From Trypanosoma brucei (Eukaryota): 64,000 bases of DNA. This document shows positions 1 through 10,753 of the stretch, one piece after another (position 1 is the stretch's first letter; every line of letters starts with the position of its first letter). The notes under the pieces were generated by a model that saw only the letters and a program-made list of their open reading frames with translations, made no database searches and was not told the DNA's origin. Location of the stretch: NCBI GenBank assembly GCA_000002445.1, contig CP000070.1:448001-512000 (forward strand), in the 5' to 3' direction. The position numbers were made by a program, and so were the translations under genes.

Positions 1-1781
1 AAGACCCCCTCCATCCCCTCCGTGTTGTCTGGGAACGCAAAGTCACGCGGGTTCCAGATTTTCGCTAATCCCAAATGCTTCCGTACGGCATTCATTATTT
101 TACACCATCATGTAAGCTGTCAGGCAGCAATAGGGTCCTTAACACAATACATTTCCCTCCTCTTTCGCGTTTGACTTTCAATTCCTCAATGTTTTTGGTT
201 GTCGCTGTTCTGTTTTTAACATTTTGCATGACTAATGTCTTTTGTTCATGTTTGTTCGTTTCCCTCTACGTCTGCTTTTGATGTTCCGTTATTTTACTTT
301 TACGTTTGCTTTTTTTTCTTTACTGTTTGCTCCACCCCGTACTCCTTACGATTGGTAACATCCTGATTCAAATGTCGGCTGCAGGTGATAGGGGAGCGAG
401 CTTATGAAGACGTGGAAGTACTGCTTCTCCGTCATTTTCCCATCTTTTGTGTTTCAGCTCTTGTATGCGCCACCGAAGCACATTGTTAGATGCTACACAT
501 GTGCATGTAGAAGGACTTCCTTTTACGCACCTTTCTTTTTCTTTTCCATAATTATACTTTTGTGCTGTCTCCTACTGCTTTTCTTACCTTATGTATTTTT
601 TTTACTCTTTGGTTACACACTCGTTACTTATCTTTTCCTTATATCCTTCCTAACATTATGGTGCTCCCATGGTTTTCCTCTTCTTTCCTGTGCGGTGGGC
701 CCAGTTGCTGCGTCTATCCACTGCATTGCTGACCACTATCCACTCTCCCGTGCACTTATTATGTTGTTTTCTCTTTTTTACTTTACTGAGCGCAACCGAA
801 TTGTGGGGGACATAGTAGAAGGCAAGACCACTTGACCGCCCTAAGTGCGATGCCTGGGCGAAGAGGGAAGCAGCGTGTGAAGCGGAAGAAGTCGAAACGT
901 CAGAGGCCTTCCGGGATGGAGCGTGTGCTTATTGAAAGCATACACGTGCGGAAGCATAAGGAGCGTGACATTCTGAAGCATCACATCCCCCCTTCAGTAA
1001 AACCGAGAGTGAAGAAAGTGTCGTTGGATGCGACATTGCCCATGTTTAATGCCATCTCTAAAAACGCCAACCGGAGTACCTCTTCAGTGACCATGGCGAA
1101 GGGAACCAAATCGAACGGTACTGTGGTAGGATGCTGAAGTTCCAACTGTTAGTGCACATGCGCGCTGTGTGGTAAACCCCTGCAAACTATTATACGCGGT
1201 TGCGTTGGGAGTACGACTCGTGCATGCGTGTGTGTAATTATTGGGGCTAGTGCTTTGAAACGTACTATTGACAGGGCACCTTTACTGTGGAGATGTGCGA
1301 GGTGGACGTAATGTAGGTAAGGGTTATCGAGGTGTACCTCATCACTGTGATGCCTCTGTCAACAGGTCCCTGCGTTCGTGGCCGCATGGTGTATGAGTTG
1401 CTTCCTACTGTGTCGTGGGGAACTGTGAGCCACACCCTCTGAATTCTCAGCGTGTCCTCTGCACCTTTATTACGCCTGGGTGGGCCAGCTCTCTCTTCCC
1501 CCCGGGTCATGCATGGTGATATCTCTCCTGGCTCCGCATCCACTGTTAGTAGATGGTGGCGCCTTTAACGTTTGTATACTTCAGTGGTTCTCCTGTTTCA
1601 GCGCTTGGTACCGTCCTCCAGTTTCCCAGGAGTGAAGCCCACTATGGGTGTGCCACTGATTCGTGTCTTTTCTCTCTTTTCTGTCCCGCAACACTTTTGT
1701 GTAGTTAGCCCGCCACACTTGACCTTTGTTGAGGAAGGGGAGTGGGGGAACGAACCCACAGCGGATTAGACGAGACAACGG

Positions 1782-2882
1782 ATGAGTAGAGATGCGACAC
1801 CCTACGAGGGCGAGGGTGATGATGACGATTATGACGGGGCAATGAGGTGTATTCTCGTGGAAAAGATACGGCGACACCGTGCTCTCGAGCGTGAGGGAAG
1901 CGTTAGGGTTATAACACGGAAAGGTGTACCACCCCCGACACTAGGGGAGCTGCGCGCGATAGCTGACAGGCGGTCGAGACATGAAGACCTGTTGAGGTTG
2001 CAGCGGCGTCTGGATGGGGTAGAGAGACGGATGGGGTTGTGGCGTGACTATCTTTCCTACGAGCCCCCACCCTTTATGTCCTCCAGCGTTCCTGCTAACG
2101 CTTCTGAGACTGGAATCCTTGAGGGACGCGCAGCACTTCTTTCACCACTTTCCACACTGTTTCGCATTTTGCTCCGCGAGAATCGCGCGCGCGAAAGGCT
2201 ACGGTTGCTGCGAGCGCGGCCCCCCCTCCCCAAGTCGCAAACGCCATCGCTAGCTAGTGCTCGACGGATGTCATTGGAGGTGGCTCGTTTTGTGGGAGAC
2301 GATATATTTGTTCCCCCTGGGGATGGGTGCCGTTCTGCAATAACTTCCGAGCAGTTGCTTGTAACACCCGCGTATGAGGTCGAACGCCTTCGAAACCCGC
2401 TGGTGTTCTTGGCTCGCGAGTACCGTATGGAGCGACTCCCTGAATTCTCACTAAACCCAGCAAAGTCTCCGGATACTGGTCACAGCTCTGTGGTGAGGAA
2501 GGATTGCGGTGCCTCGTCTGCAGTCACATTATCAGACTTCCGCCAGCCACCTGTGATGTTAGAGGCATTTAATATACCTTGCGGCATTTACGATGTGGGT
2601 CGTAGAGTCCACCTCATTCAGGGGTATGAGCCGCTGTACAGCAGTGATGGGCTTGGGTCTCTTGACTCTCTTAGTAAGGCCGTGAAGTGTAGGCGGGATG
2701 GACCACAACGGGGCGATACTGCCTTCATTGACGGGCGGCTGTCTCAAAGTTTGTGGTGTTCTGGGACTCCAGCGAAACTACGAGGGCCGCTCCAGGAGGA
2801 CTCGCTAAGCGGAAGCGACGACGACGAGGTCTCCCCAGCCTTCTGCGCGGATGTCTCATGGCTTCCCAAGTTCCCCGAGTAA
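1782..2882 (+). CDS. hypothetical protein (366 aa), R/L/E-rich with a C-terminal acidic/Ser stretch
   Basis: Long ATG-initiated ORF with coding-like, GC-balanced codon usage, co-directional with its neighbours. I do not recognise a domain. The overlapping minus-strand ORFs are shorter and low-complexity. Confidence 0.5.
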   Translation: MSRDATPYEGEGDDDDYDGAMRCILVEKIRRHRALEREGSVRVITRKGVPPPTLGELRAIADRRSRHEDLLRLQRRLDGVERRMGLWRDYLSYEPPPFMSSSVPANASETGILEGRAALLSPLSTLFRILLRENRARERLRLLRARPPLPKSQTPSLASARRMSLEVARFVGDDIFVPPGDGCRSAITSEQLLVTPAYEVERLRNPLVFLAREYRMERLPEFSLNPAKSPDTGHSSVVRKDCGASSAVTLSDFRQPPVMLEAFNIPCGIYDVGRRVHLIQGYEPLYSSDGLGSLDSLSKAVKCRRDGPQRGDTAFIDGRLSQSLWCSGTPAKLRGPLQEDSLSGSDDDEVSPAFCADVSWLPKFPE

Positions 2883-3177
2883 CAAGATTGCGATAGTGAG
2901 GGAATAGTAGAGGATATTCTCTTACTGTGCACTGGGTGTATCATTCTGTCACCCGATGTAATGTAATATATGGCGCAAAAGAATGTGCTTTTTGGTGAAG
3001 TGGATGCCTCCGGCACTGTTTCATTCGAATGGCTGCGTTTATTTTCTGTGTTGTCACTGCTCCGCCAACCTCTTGCACGCATCTGAGAACCCACTTGTTG
3101 ATGCCTCTTTTCCCTTTACTTTTGTGTGCTCCCACCCTACGACCCCGTGTCACGTGACGCAGTTTTCACCGCCGACG

Positions 3178-4059
3178 ATGGTTGGCGAGAGGACCGTCTC
3201 TGGTGGTTGGAAACCTGATAGTTCGGCACCTGTGTGTGACAGCTGCGATGTCACGTTCACTGTTTACAGGAGACGCCACCACTGCCGTTGTTGCGGCGGC
3301 GTGTTTTGCAACTCATGCTCGAATACGTATGTGAGCATCCCAGCATTGCATGAAATGAAACCACAGCGCGTGTGCCGCGCCTGTGCAACCGCGTTGTCTG
3401 GTGCCACAGATGCCTCTGCCACTGCCGGTTCGGCGGCAACCGACCCCGTGTCCGGCGGTTCCTTTCCCTCGATTGCGGAAGAGGAGGAGGAGGGAGGTGA
3501 TGGCATTGTGTCTTCAGGCAGTAGTCGCCTCGACGACGATAGCGGTGATGTTGACGACAGTTCGTCTCATAGTGGGGACGTTTCGTCTGCCGTCGCGGCT
3601 GTGTATTCTTCCGTTGAGGAGGGACCACGCACCAGTAGCATGACCTTCATTGCGGCTTTGCAAGAGAATCTCAGACACTCGGATGATCCGGGTGTCGTGA
3701 CAATCCTTATGTATGCTTCGGCGACGAGGCAGCAACTAATTCTTGTTACTGTGAGTGATGGAGAAACAATGTCGATGCTTGCAGAGCGACTAGCTGACAC
3801 CTACCTCCGACTGGAGAACGGACCGTTCAAGGCCGCAAGTCTTACCGACCGGGAGAATGCGCTGAAGAGGTTGCGCTTCTTTAGTGAATCAGCTGCTGTG
3901 GATAACGGCGCTCAGGCAGTGTCCGTGGCGCTGCAGCATCGGCGCCTGGTTTTGACCGGTTGCTCGCTTTCCGAACTGCAGTGTCAGAGCGCGAAACCCC
4001 TCGTCCATGATTTTTTCTGCAGTAACATCAGTGCAGGGGAGTGTGGGGAGTGGGAATGA
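3178..4059 (+). CDS. FYVE zinc-finger domain protein (PI3P-binding type) with an acidic/Ser-rich C-terminal half
   Basis: FYVE signature WKPDSSAPVCDSCDVTF...RRRHHCRCCGGVFCNSCS...RVCRAC (WxxD, R+HHCRxCG, RVC motifs, 8 Cys). The track ORF starts at ATG 2983, but the first 65 codons translate T/C-rich low-complexity sequence. A polypyrimidine tract at 3103-3160 followed by AG lies just upstream of ATG 3178, so I place the start at 3178. Confidence 0.8.
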   Translation: MVGERTVSGGWKPDSSAPVCDSCDVTFTVYRRRHHCRCCGGVFCNSCSNTYVSIPALHEMKPQRVCRACATALSGATDASATAGSAATDPVSGGSFPSIAEEEEEGGDGIVSSGSSRLDDDSGDVDDSSSHSGDVSSAVAAVYSSVEEGPRTSSMTFIAALQENLRHSDDPGVVTILMYASATRQQLILVTVSDGETMSMLAERLADTYLRLENGPFKAASLTDRENALKRLRFFSESAAVDNGAQAVSVALQHRRLVLTGCSLSELQCQSAKPLVHDFFCSNISAGECGEWE

Positions 4060-4592
4060 AGAAAGTGACTTTGTGCAATTATCGTTGCTGCAAATCACCC
4101 TTTTTAAGGTCTGCGTATGGACTATGCGTATTCCCAGGTTGGGTATGTAGTTACTTGAAGGAGGATAACCCCGTCTTCTAACCTAACCGGTGCCTTCCTT
4201 GCCGCATTCCGGCTTCTGGCGCCATCAGTCGCTGCTTGGTTTCATTTCCAACCACTCAATGACTCATGGGGGATCTCTTTTACTTCACCTTTTTCCCCTT
4301 CTCACACTGTCGATGTGACAGTGTCTTTTCAGTGTTCTGCGTAATCCCTTGTTCATTTTCCTTTTCCCTCTTTGCTGCTAGAAGTTGCGCATTATGTGCG
4401 TTGTTGTGGTGCCAGTAGCACGTGTGTACTGATACACGCTCCTTTATGTGCGTGTGTGCGAATCCGAGTAGGTACTGTGTTCTCTCCTCCTTTCTCGTAC
4501 AACAAATTGTATAACCGCAATGCACTCTTGTAAACGAACACACAGGTAGGCTAGGCGAGGTTTTTCACAAAAGGAATATATATATATATCCA

Positions 4593-5459
4593 ATGAATGT
4601 TTCTGAGTTTCTAAAAGTTTGGAAAGACGTTAAAGTTTGTGATGACGTCGTCGCTGATGGTGGCAGTGGTGGTTGTAACCTTGATATTGGTGTACCCTCT
4701 TTGTCTGAAGTGGATGATGGAGACGAGGTTCCTGTAGAATATGGTGATGTATCACGTGATGATTTTGGTGGTGATGACGGTGGTTGTGAAGTTTTTGATG
4801 AAGCGGGGTCGTTCTTTTATGGTCAGCGGAGTAAGCGGAGGAGATATGATGGTTTGAAGACGGATAGTATATCCTTGTGCAAACCTCGTGAACCATATGC
4901 CTGCCTGAAAACTTTTAGCACTAATGAGGGCAGTTATGACAATTTTGTTTCTGGTGATTCCGGAAGAAAGAGGGTGAAAGTCCAGATAGCTGGCCGCGGT
5001 AAGCCGAGGAAGGGATCGTTGGCTGCCGTTACTGCTTTACGCGAGGAGCTGCTGAGGAAAAAGACACTACTCGACAAGTCTTGTCGTCAAGAAGTCGTGG
5101 ATTCTTCCACAAATGAAGAGTTTCCGACCATTGCAGAAGGGGAAAGCACGCTGGATGAGTTGCTGCTTAGTGTAGAAGATTTAGTACCTGTCGGGAACTT
5201 GGCAACAATCGTTGAAAAAAGTTTGGCACCCGCGCAAACCTCATCAGTCGAAGATCCGACTCTGTCGGCGGTAAGTACGGAGGCGGAAACTCCCCTTAAG
5301 GTCGACGAGCCGGGTGAACGCAAAGAAAGTACTGGCAGTGCCCCGAAAGCGGGGAAGCTAAGCATGTTTGCACGGGCGAAGTTGTACGTAAGTGGTGGGG
5401 ATGCTCTAGAAGGAAAGGCAAACATAGAAGATTTTTTTGGAAAGAGGTTTACGTCATAG
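4593..5459 (+). CDS. hypothetical acidic protein (288 aa), D/G/V-rich N-terminus
   Basis: ATG-initiated ORF co-directional with the cluster. The His-rich minus-strand ORF 4630-4896 is the antisense artefact of its GAT/GGT-rich codons. No recognisable domain. Confidence 0.4.
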   Translation: MNVSEFLKVWKDVKVCDDVVADGGSGGCNLDIGVPSLSEVDDGDEVPVEYGDVSRDDFGGDDGGCEVFDEAGSFFYGQRSKRRRYDGLKTDSISLCKPREPYACLKTFSTNEGSYDNFVSGDSGRKRVKVQIAGRGKPRKGSLAAVTALREELLRKKTLLDKSCRQEVVDSSTNEEFPTIAEGESTLDELLLSVEDLVPVGNLATIVEKSLAPAQTSSVEDPTLSAVSTEAETPLKVDEPGERKESTGSAPKAGKLSMFARAKLYVSGGDALEGKANIEDFFGKRFTS

Positions 5460-5700
5460 CAATACACGCACTGAGTTGTGGTTGTGTACTCGAAGATGAT
5501 ATTGCCCAACTCACACATTTACATGTGCTGGTGTGTGTTTTGTATTGTGAGTGAACACGCAGGTGCAGCAAGGGTTTACTCGTTGCTTTTCTTAACCTTT
5601 AAGGATAGTGAGGTGTATTCTCTTTGCGCCAGTTGCTGTACTGCATATATACACGCTGCTGTCACTTACCCTTTTTTTATAATGATTAGTACATAAGCTA

Positions 5701-6579
5701 ATGGAGAAGTACCTCCTTGGCCCTTCGATGGGAGAAGGAAGGTTCGGATCCGTACGTTCCGCTGTTATCAGGGGGTCCGGGGTGCCTGTCGCCATCAAGT
5801 TGATTAACGTCACGCGCGTTGAGGAAGGTATTCCTCATATGGTTGCCAGGGAATTACTAGTGTCTATGCGGCTGCAGCACCCATACATTATTAGGACTTA
5901 TGAGGTCTTCCCATACGGATCTTCTGTGGCTTTGGTGATGGAGCGTTGCGCGACCGATTTGTCGGCGGTGCTCTGTGAAAGAAGTCCCGCTAATCCCCTT
6001 TCCCCTCAATCAGCAAAATCACTTTTCAGGATGCTTCTTGGGGCACTTGCATATATGCACAAGGAGGGCATCCTTCATCGTGACGTAAAACCCTCAAATT
6101 GCTTCTTGGCGCGAGATGGAACCCTTCGTCTTGGTGACTTTGGTCTTAGTCGCATGCAAGACACGGAAGAGTCCATGACTCATGAGGTGGTGTCGAGATG
6201 GTACCGTCCCCCGGAGTTGTTGCTGGGTCAGCGCCACTACGGACCAGAGGTTGACATGTGGTCCGCTGGCTGTGTGTTCGTAGAGTTGTTACGAGGGTAT
6301 ACCGGCGCGTTTTTTGCTAGTGACGGAGATGTCATGCAGCTCTCACGGATTTTCGATGTTTTGGGCACCCCGACACAGGAATCATGGCCCACTGCGGAGT
6401 TGCTTCCAGATTGGGGAAAGGTGCACTTCGAACCTAAGAACCCGTGCCCATTGGGTGAGTTTTTCCCCGAGGCGTCCGGATCTGCGGTTGACCTATTGCG
6501 GGGTTTACTTTGTCTTGATCCTTCCAGACGTCTCAGTGCTGCAGATGCCCTTTGTCATACATATTTCAACGAGTACTGA
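5701..6579 (+). CDS. CMGC-group (CDK/cdc2-related) serine/threonine protein kinase, 292 aa
   Basis: Kinase subdomains present: GEGRFGSV (Gly loop), AIK (VAIK Lys), HRDVKPSN (catalytic loop), DFGLSR, WYRPPELLLG, DMWSAGCVF. The PSTAIRE position reads PHMVARELL, which is non-canonical. Confidence 0.85.
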   Translation: MEKYLLGPSMGEGRFGSVRSAVIRGSGVPVAIKLINVTRVEEGIPHMVARELLVSMRLQHPYIIRTYEVFPYGSSVALVMERCATDLSAVLCERSPANPLSPQSAKSLFRMLLGALAYMHKEGILHRDVKPSNCFLARDGTLRLGDFGLSRMQDTEESMTHEVVSRWYRPPELLLGQRHYGPEVDMWSAGCVFVELLRGYTGAFFASDGDVMQLSRIFDVLGTPTQESWPTAELLPDWGKVHFEPKNPCPLGEFFPEASGSAVDLLRGLLCLDPSRRLSAADALCHTYFNEY

Positions 6580-6901
6580 TGTCTGTTGTTGAGGTGGTGG
6601 GGGGGGGGGTACCCAAACCAAATGGCAAGTTGCAGACTGCTTCTGACTTTTGTGCGCTCACGCATTCATCACATGCAACCCCCTTGAATACCGTTTGCTC
6701 CAATATGCGTTACGCTATGCAGGGCATTTACTGACGCCTTCGAGTGTTCCCGTTTTATTTCCCTGATATCCCCCCTTTACCGTGGCGTGAACGTGCCATC
6801 GTTGGGGAAAATATTTTCTCTCTCTTAAGCATTCGAGCACCTACATTACTTAAAAAGGAACATCATCAGCAGTTACCTTTGCTGGCAAAGAAAGATCACA
6901 T

Positions 6902-9814
6902 ATGTATCGCAGTGCGTTTCGCAGCCTACGATGCTCCACTGTGAAGTATGCGAGGTGGAGCGCGGCTGGTAACTATGTTAACCGTCATGTTGGGCCCACC
7001 GCTGCCGACACGGAGGTAATGCTTCAGATGATCGGAAAGAAGACTATTTCGGATTTGATGGCAGACGCGATTCCTGCTGAACTTATGCGACCACCTATGA
7101 AAGAAATTGAACCTCTTAGTGAGAAGGACGCGCTTTCTTCGGTTCTCTCACTTGGGGCACGGAATAGGGTGTTGAAGAGCATGATCGGACAAGGTTACTA
7201 CGAGTGTATAACTCCCTCAGTACTTCTTCGCAACGTCATTGAAAATCCTGGGTGGTATACGCCGTACACGCCGTATCAGGCCGAGATATCTCAAGGTCGT
7301 TTGGAATCGTTGTTAAACTTCCAAACGATGATAACAGATCTGACAAAGATGGATGTCGCAAACGCATCCCTCTTGGATCAGGCAACCGCTTGTGCTGAGG
7401 CAATGTATTTGGCATTCCGGCATCACAACCGTAAGCGGGACACGTTCTTTGTCTCAAAGGATGTTTTCCCCTCGTGCATCGAGATGATTAAAACACGAGC
7501 GGAGCCCCTCAAAATTAAGGTTGTGGTGGATGACCCGGCTTTATTCGATTGGGGTGAAGTCTCCCCGTGTGGTATGCTCGTGCAGAACCCTGACGCGAAC
7601 GGGACGGTCCATGATTTTACGGAACTCTTTCAAAAGGCAAAAGACCACGGTGTTCTGTGTTGCTGTGGCGCAGACCTAATGGCCTCTTTGCTCATCAAAC
7701 CACCAGGTGAAATGGGGGCCGATGTTGTTGTGGGAACTTCTCAGCGGTTTGGTATTCCACTTGGTTACGGCGGTCCTCATGCTGCTTTCTTCGCTGCAAA
7801 GGAACAGTTTAAGCGGTTGGTTCCAGGTCGTATTGTGGGAGTGAGCAAAGATGTTGCAGGAGACCCCGCTATACGGATGGCCCTGCAAACACGTGAGCAG
7901 CACATCAAGCGGGAGAGGGCCACTTCAAACATTTGTACTGCGCAGGCACTTTTAGCGACGGTAAGCGCCTTTTATGCCGTTTATCACGGCCCTGGAGGTC
8001 TGACGGACATAGCCAATGAAATTCATCAGAAGGCGAAGACGTTGGCAGTTGGTATGGAATCCGCAGGTCACTCAGTTGTGAACACGACTTTCTTTGACAC
8101 CCTTACATTCAACTTAAAAGGCATAACGCCCGAAGACTACGCAAGCCAGTGCAATGAGAAGGGCATAAATGTTTTTCTCGATTATGGTACCGGAACAGTT
8201 TCCATATCGGTTGACGAAGCGACGACAGAGACTCACATTATGTCCCTGTTGGAGGCTGCGGGCTTGAAATTACCTGTTTTTGCGGCCCTCACGAAAATCG
8301 GAAGGAACAAAACGGCGTTCCCGGAAGCACTCGCTCGAACTTCATCTTTCTTACAACATTCCGTTTTTTGCAAGTACAGAAGCGAGGGTGAACTTATGCG
8401 CTACATACACCGCTTGCAACGAAAAGACTACGGATTGACACACGGTTGTATCCCTCTCGGATCATGTACCATGAAGCTTAACCCTGCTTCAGCTATGTTG
8501 CCCTTATCATGGGGCACATTCACCAATTTGCACCCACTCGCTCCTTCAGACCAAGTGCAAGGGTATAGTGCGATGTGCTTTGATCTGGAGCAGAAGATAC
8601 GAGATGTAACGGGACTGGATGCGGTTTCGCTTCAACCGAACAGTGGGGCGCAGGGCGAATACGCCGGCCTTCGCGTCGTCCGCGCTTATCACCAATCGAA
8701 AGGGGAGGGTCAGCGAAATGTCTGTTTGATTCCTGTGAGTGCCCACGGCACAAACCCTGCTTCAGCGGTGCTGGCAGGGATGAAGGTTGTTACCTTAAAG
8801 TGCTTAGAAGATGGGCGAATTGATGTGGAGGACTTGAAGCAGCTATGTGAAAAGCACTCGAAGGAACTATCGTGCATCATGCTGACTTACCCCAGTACCT
8901 ACGGACTGTTTGACAGAGACATTCTGTCCGTCACGTCGTTGGTACATCAACATGGAGGACAGTGCTACATTGACGGAGCCAATCTTAATGCGATGGTCGG
9001 GTACACAGGGCCGGGTTTTATCGGAGGTGATCTATGTCATATTAATCTTCACAAAACGTTTTCCATTCCTCACGGTGGTGGTGGGCCCGGTATGGGGCCC
9101 ATCGCAGTGCGGCAGCATTTGGCTCCCTTCTTACCTAATTCCGTTCTCAGACAGAAAGTTGGTGGATCGCAGTCATTTGGGCAGGTGTCGCAGGCAGCGT
9201 ATGGTTCCGCTTCCATTCTTACCGTTTCGTATATGCTGATGTTGATGTTGGGTACGCGGGGGATGAAGGTGTGCACGGAACACGCCATTTTGAATGCTAA
9301 TTATCTCAAAAAACGTCTGGAAAAACACTACCGTATCATGTTCCTTGGGGAAGAGGATTTGTGTGCTCATGAATTCATCATTGATCTGCGCCCCTTCAAG
9401 AAATCTGCAGAGGTAGAGGCAGAAGATGTTTCCAAACGGCTGATGGACTATGGCATCCACTCACCAACTGTGGCGTTCCCCATACCGGGGACGCTGATGA
9501 TAGAACCTACGGAGTCAGAATCTAAACAGGAGCTAGATCGTTTAGCAGATGCATTAATTTCAATACGCGGTGAAATAGCAGCCATAGAACGGGGTGAGCA
9601 GGACAAAACTAACAATGTTCTGAAGAATGCGCCGCACACGGCCAAATGTGTTACTGCGGAAAATTGGGATAGGCCGTACAGTCGTCGCACCGCGGCATTC
9701 CCAGCGCCGCATTCCAATATTGAAAAGTACTGGCCGACGGTGGGGCGCATCGATGGTGCGTACGGTGACCGCCATCTGATGTGCAACTGTATGTCGTTGG
9801 ACTCATTCAAATAG
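6902..9814 (+). CDS. GCVP: glycine dehydrogenase (decarboxylating), glycine cleavage system P-protein, 970 aa, with an R-rich N-terminal presequence suggesting mitochondrial targeting
   Basis: Full-length homodimeric-type P-protein. Motifs: TPYQAEISQGRLESLLNFQTMI, GVSKD..G, SAHGTNPASA, and NLHKTFSIPHGGGGPGMGPI (PLP-Lys region). Size and domain order match GcvP/GLDC. Confidence 0.95.
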   Translation: MYRSAFRSLRCSTVKYARWSAAGNYVNRHVGPTAADTEVMLQMIGKKTISDLMADAIPAELMRPPMKEIEPLSEKDALSSVLSLGARNRVLKSMIGQGYYECITPSVLLRNVIENPGWYTPYTPYQAEISQGRLESLLNFQTMITDLTKMDVANASLLDQATACAEAMYLAFRHHNRKRDTFFVSKDVFPSCIEMIKTRAEPLKIKVVVDDPALFDWGEVSPCGMLVQNPDANGTVHDFTELFQKAKDHGVLCCCGADLMASLLIKPPGEMGADVVVGTSQRFGIPLGYGGPHAAFFAAKEQFKRLVPGRIVGVSKDVAGDPAIRMALQTREQHIKRERATSNICTAQALLATVSAFYAVYHGPGGLTDIANEIHQKAKTLAVGMESAGHSVVNTTFFDTLTFNLKGITPEDYASQCNEKGINVFLDYGTGTVSISVDEATTETHIMSLLEAAGLKLPVFAALTKIGRNKTAFPEALARTSSFLQHSVFCKYRSEGELMRYIHRLQRKDYGLTHGCIPLGSCTMKLNPASAMLPLSWGTFTNLHPLAPSDQVQGYSAMCFDLEQKIRDVTGLDAVSLQPNSGAQGEYAGLRVVRAYHQSKGEGQRNVCLIPVSAHGTNPASAVLAGMKVVTLKCLEDGRIDVEDLKQLCEKHSKELSCIMLTYPSTYGLFDRDILSVTSLVHQHGGQCYIDGANLNAMVGYTGPGFIGGDLCHINLHKTFSIPHGGGGPGMGPIAVRQHLAPFLPNSVLRQKVGGSQSFGQVSQAAYGSASILTVSYMLMLMLGTRGMKVCTEHAILNANYLKKRLEKHYRIMFLGEEDLCAHEFIIDLRPFKKSAEVEAEDVSKRLMDYGIHSPTVAFPIPGTLMIEPTESESKQELDRLADALISIRGEIAAIERGEQDKTNNVLKNAPHTAKCVTAENWDRPYSRRTAAFPAPHSNIEKYWPTVGRIDGAYGDRHLMCNCMSLDSFK

Positions 9815-10344
9815 AAAAAAATGCCGAAATAATTAGCTGTATTACCGTCCACCGCGATCTCACCTCCGGCGGGTTGTTGCGGCATCTCCTCTAATTTTTG
9901 AGCGAAAGATTCTTAGGTCATAACAAACGTGGGGGTGGCGAAAGAAAAAAACAAAAAGATTAAAGGTACAACGAAAGAAAACACCGTCAAAACGGTCGAC
10001 TTTTCATGATTGTTGTACCACCCTTCTTACTCCACGAAATGGCGTTACTGAGTGTAGCCTCGTCATTTTTGTCATCTCCCCCCCCCTCCCTGTCTCTTTC
10101 TTGATGCAACAAGGAAAAGACTAAACAATCAAATGGAAAGGGAATAGAGCAATCCTAAAGTCCAAGTTCTCGTTGCTGTTGAAACGGCTTTATTTCAGCG
10201 CGTGCAACATCTTATCTTCACGCTCCGTAAAGCTTGGGGCTTCCGACGTTCATGTCACATCCATCCGGATGGTCAGCAGCTTTACTTGAATTCTAGTGTC
10301 GGTACCATTTAAATACTTTGAAGCAACGGAACGAGATGTGAAGC

Positions 10345-10427
10345 CACACATACACACACACACACAAATATTTGCGGTTGTAGAGGGCATACATGGAAAG
10401 GAGAAATGATGATGATGATGATGATGG
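10345..10427. repeat. intergenic (CA)n microsatellite followed by an (ATG)7 microsatellite
   Basis: cacatacacacacacacacaaa at ~10345-10366 and atgatgatgatgatgatgatgg at ~10406-10427. Confidence 0.85.
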
Positions 10428-10753
10428 AAATCCTTCTTTAAATATCTCTGGTGGGGTATCGGCAGTATGTGCCGTGGGATTGTGGGAGGTGGGGGAAGGG
10501 GGAAGGGGTATTGTAATCGAAAAATGGTACAGCGGTGTTAGGGGATAACATTCGTAGTGATTCTCTACGCGAATTTATATAGGAGATCAGATGCAAAGGG
10601 CTGCGATGTACAAAGCGAACCAGCATATTATTTTTTTTGGATTGTTTCGTTCATGCTATTTTTCTTTTTTTTCTTTTTACATTCTGTGTCAGTTTTTTCT
10701 TCCCCTTAAGCACACTACGAAGAGGAGAAAAGGTCAGCGATAAAACTTTATCA

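Noticed and set aside
404-1137. ORFs at 404-835 (hydrophobic F/L-rich, 143 aa) and 832/850-1137 (basic K/R-rich, ~95 aa from first ATG)
   Set aside because: The first is a translation of T/C-rich intergenic sequence. The second could be a genuine small basic (nucleolar-type) protein, but I have only an ORF and composition to go on, so I did not call it as a feature.
2983-3177. Upstream 65 codons of the track's 358-aa FYVE ORF (MCFLVKWMPPALFHSNGCVYFLCCHC...)
   Set aside because: They translate a pyrimidine-rich tract that looks like a trans-splicing polypyrimidine/AG signal. I placed the start at ATG 3178.
4630-4896. His-rich 88-aa minus-strand ORF
   Set aside because: Antisense reading of the GAT/GGT/GTG-rich '+' strand gene 4593-5459. 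Mirror-strand artefact.
10637-10753. Track start of the LRR protein at 10637 (MDCFVHAIFLFFLF...)
   Set aside because: Position 10637 is a TTG inside a poly-T run. The ORF caller evidently allows GTG/TTG starts (the same applies to the 'M' at 41819, 63962 and 832). The first in-frame ATG is used instead.
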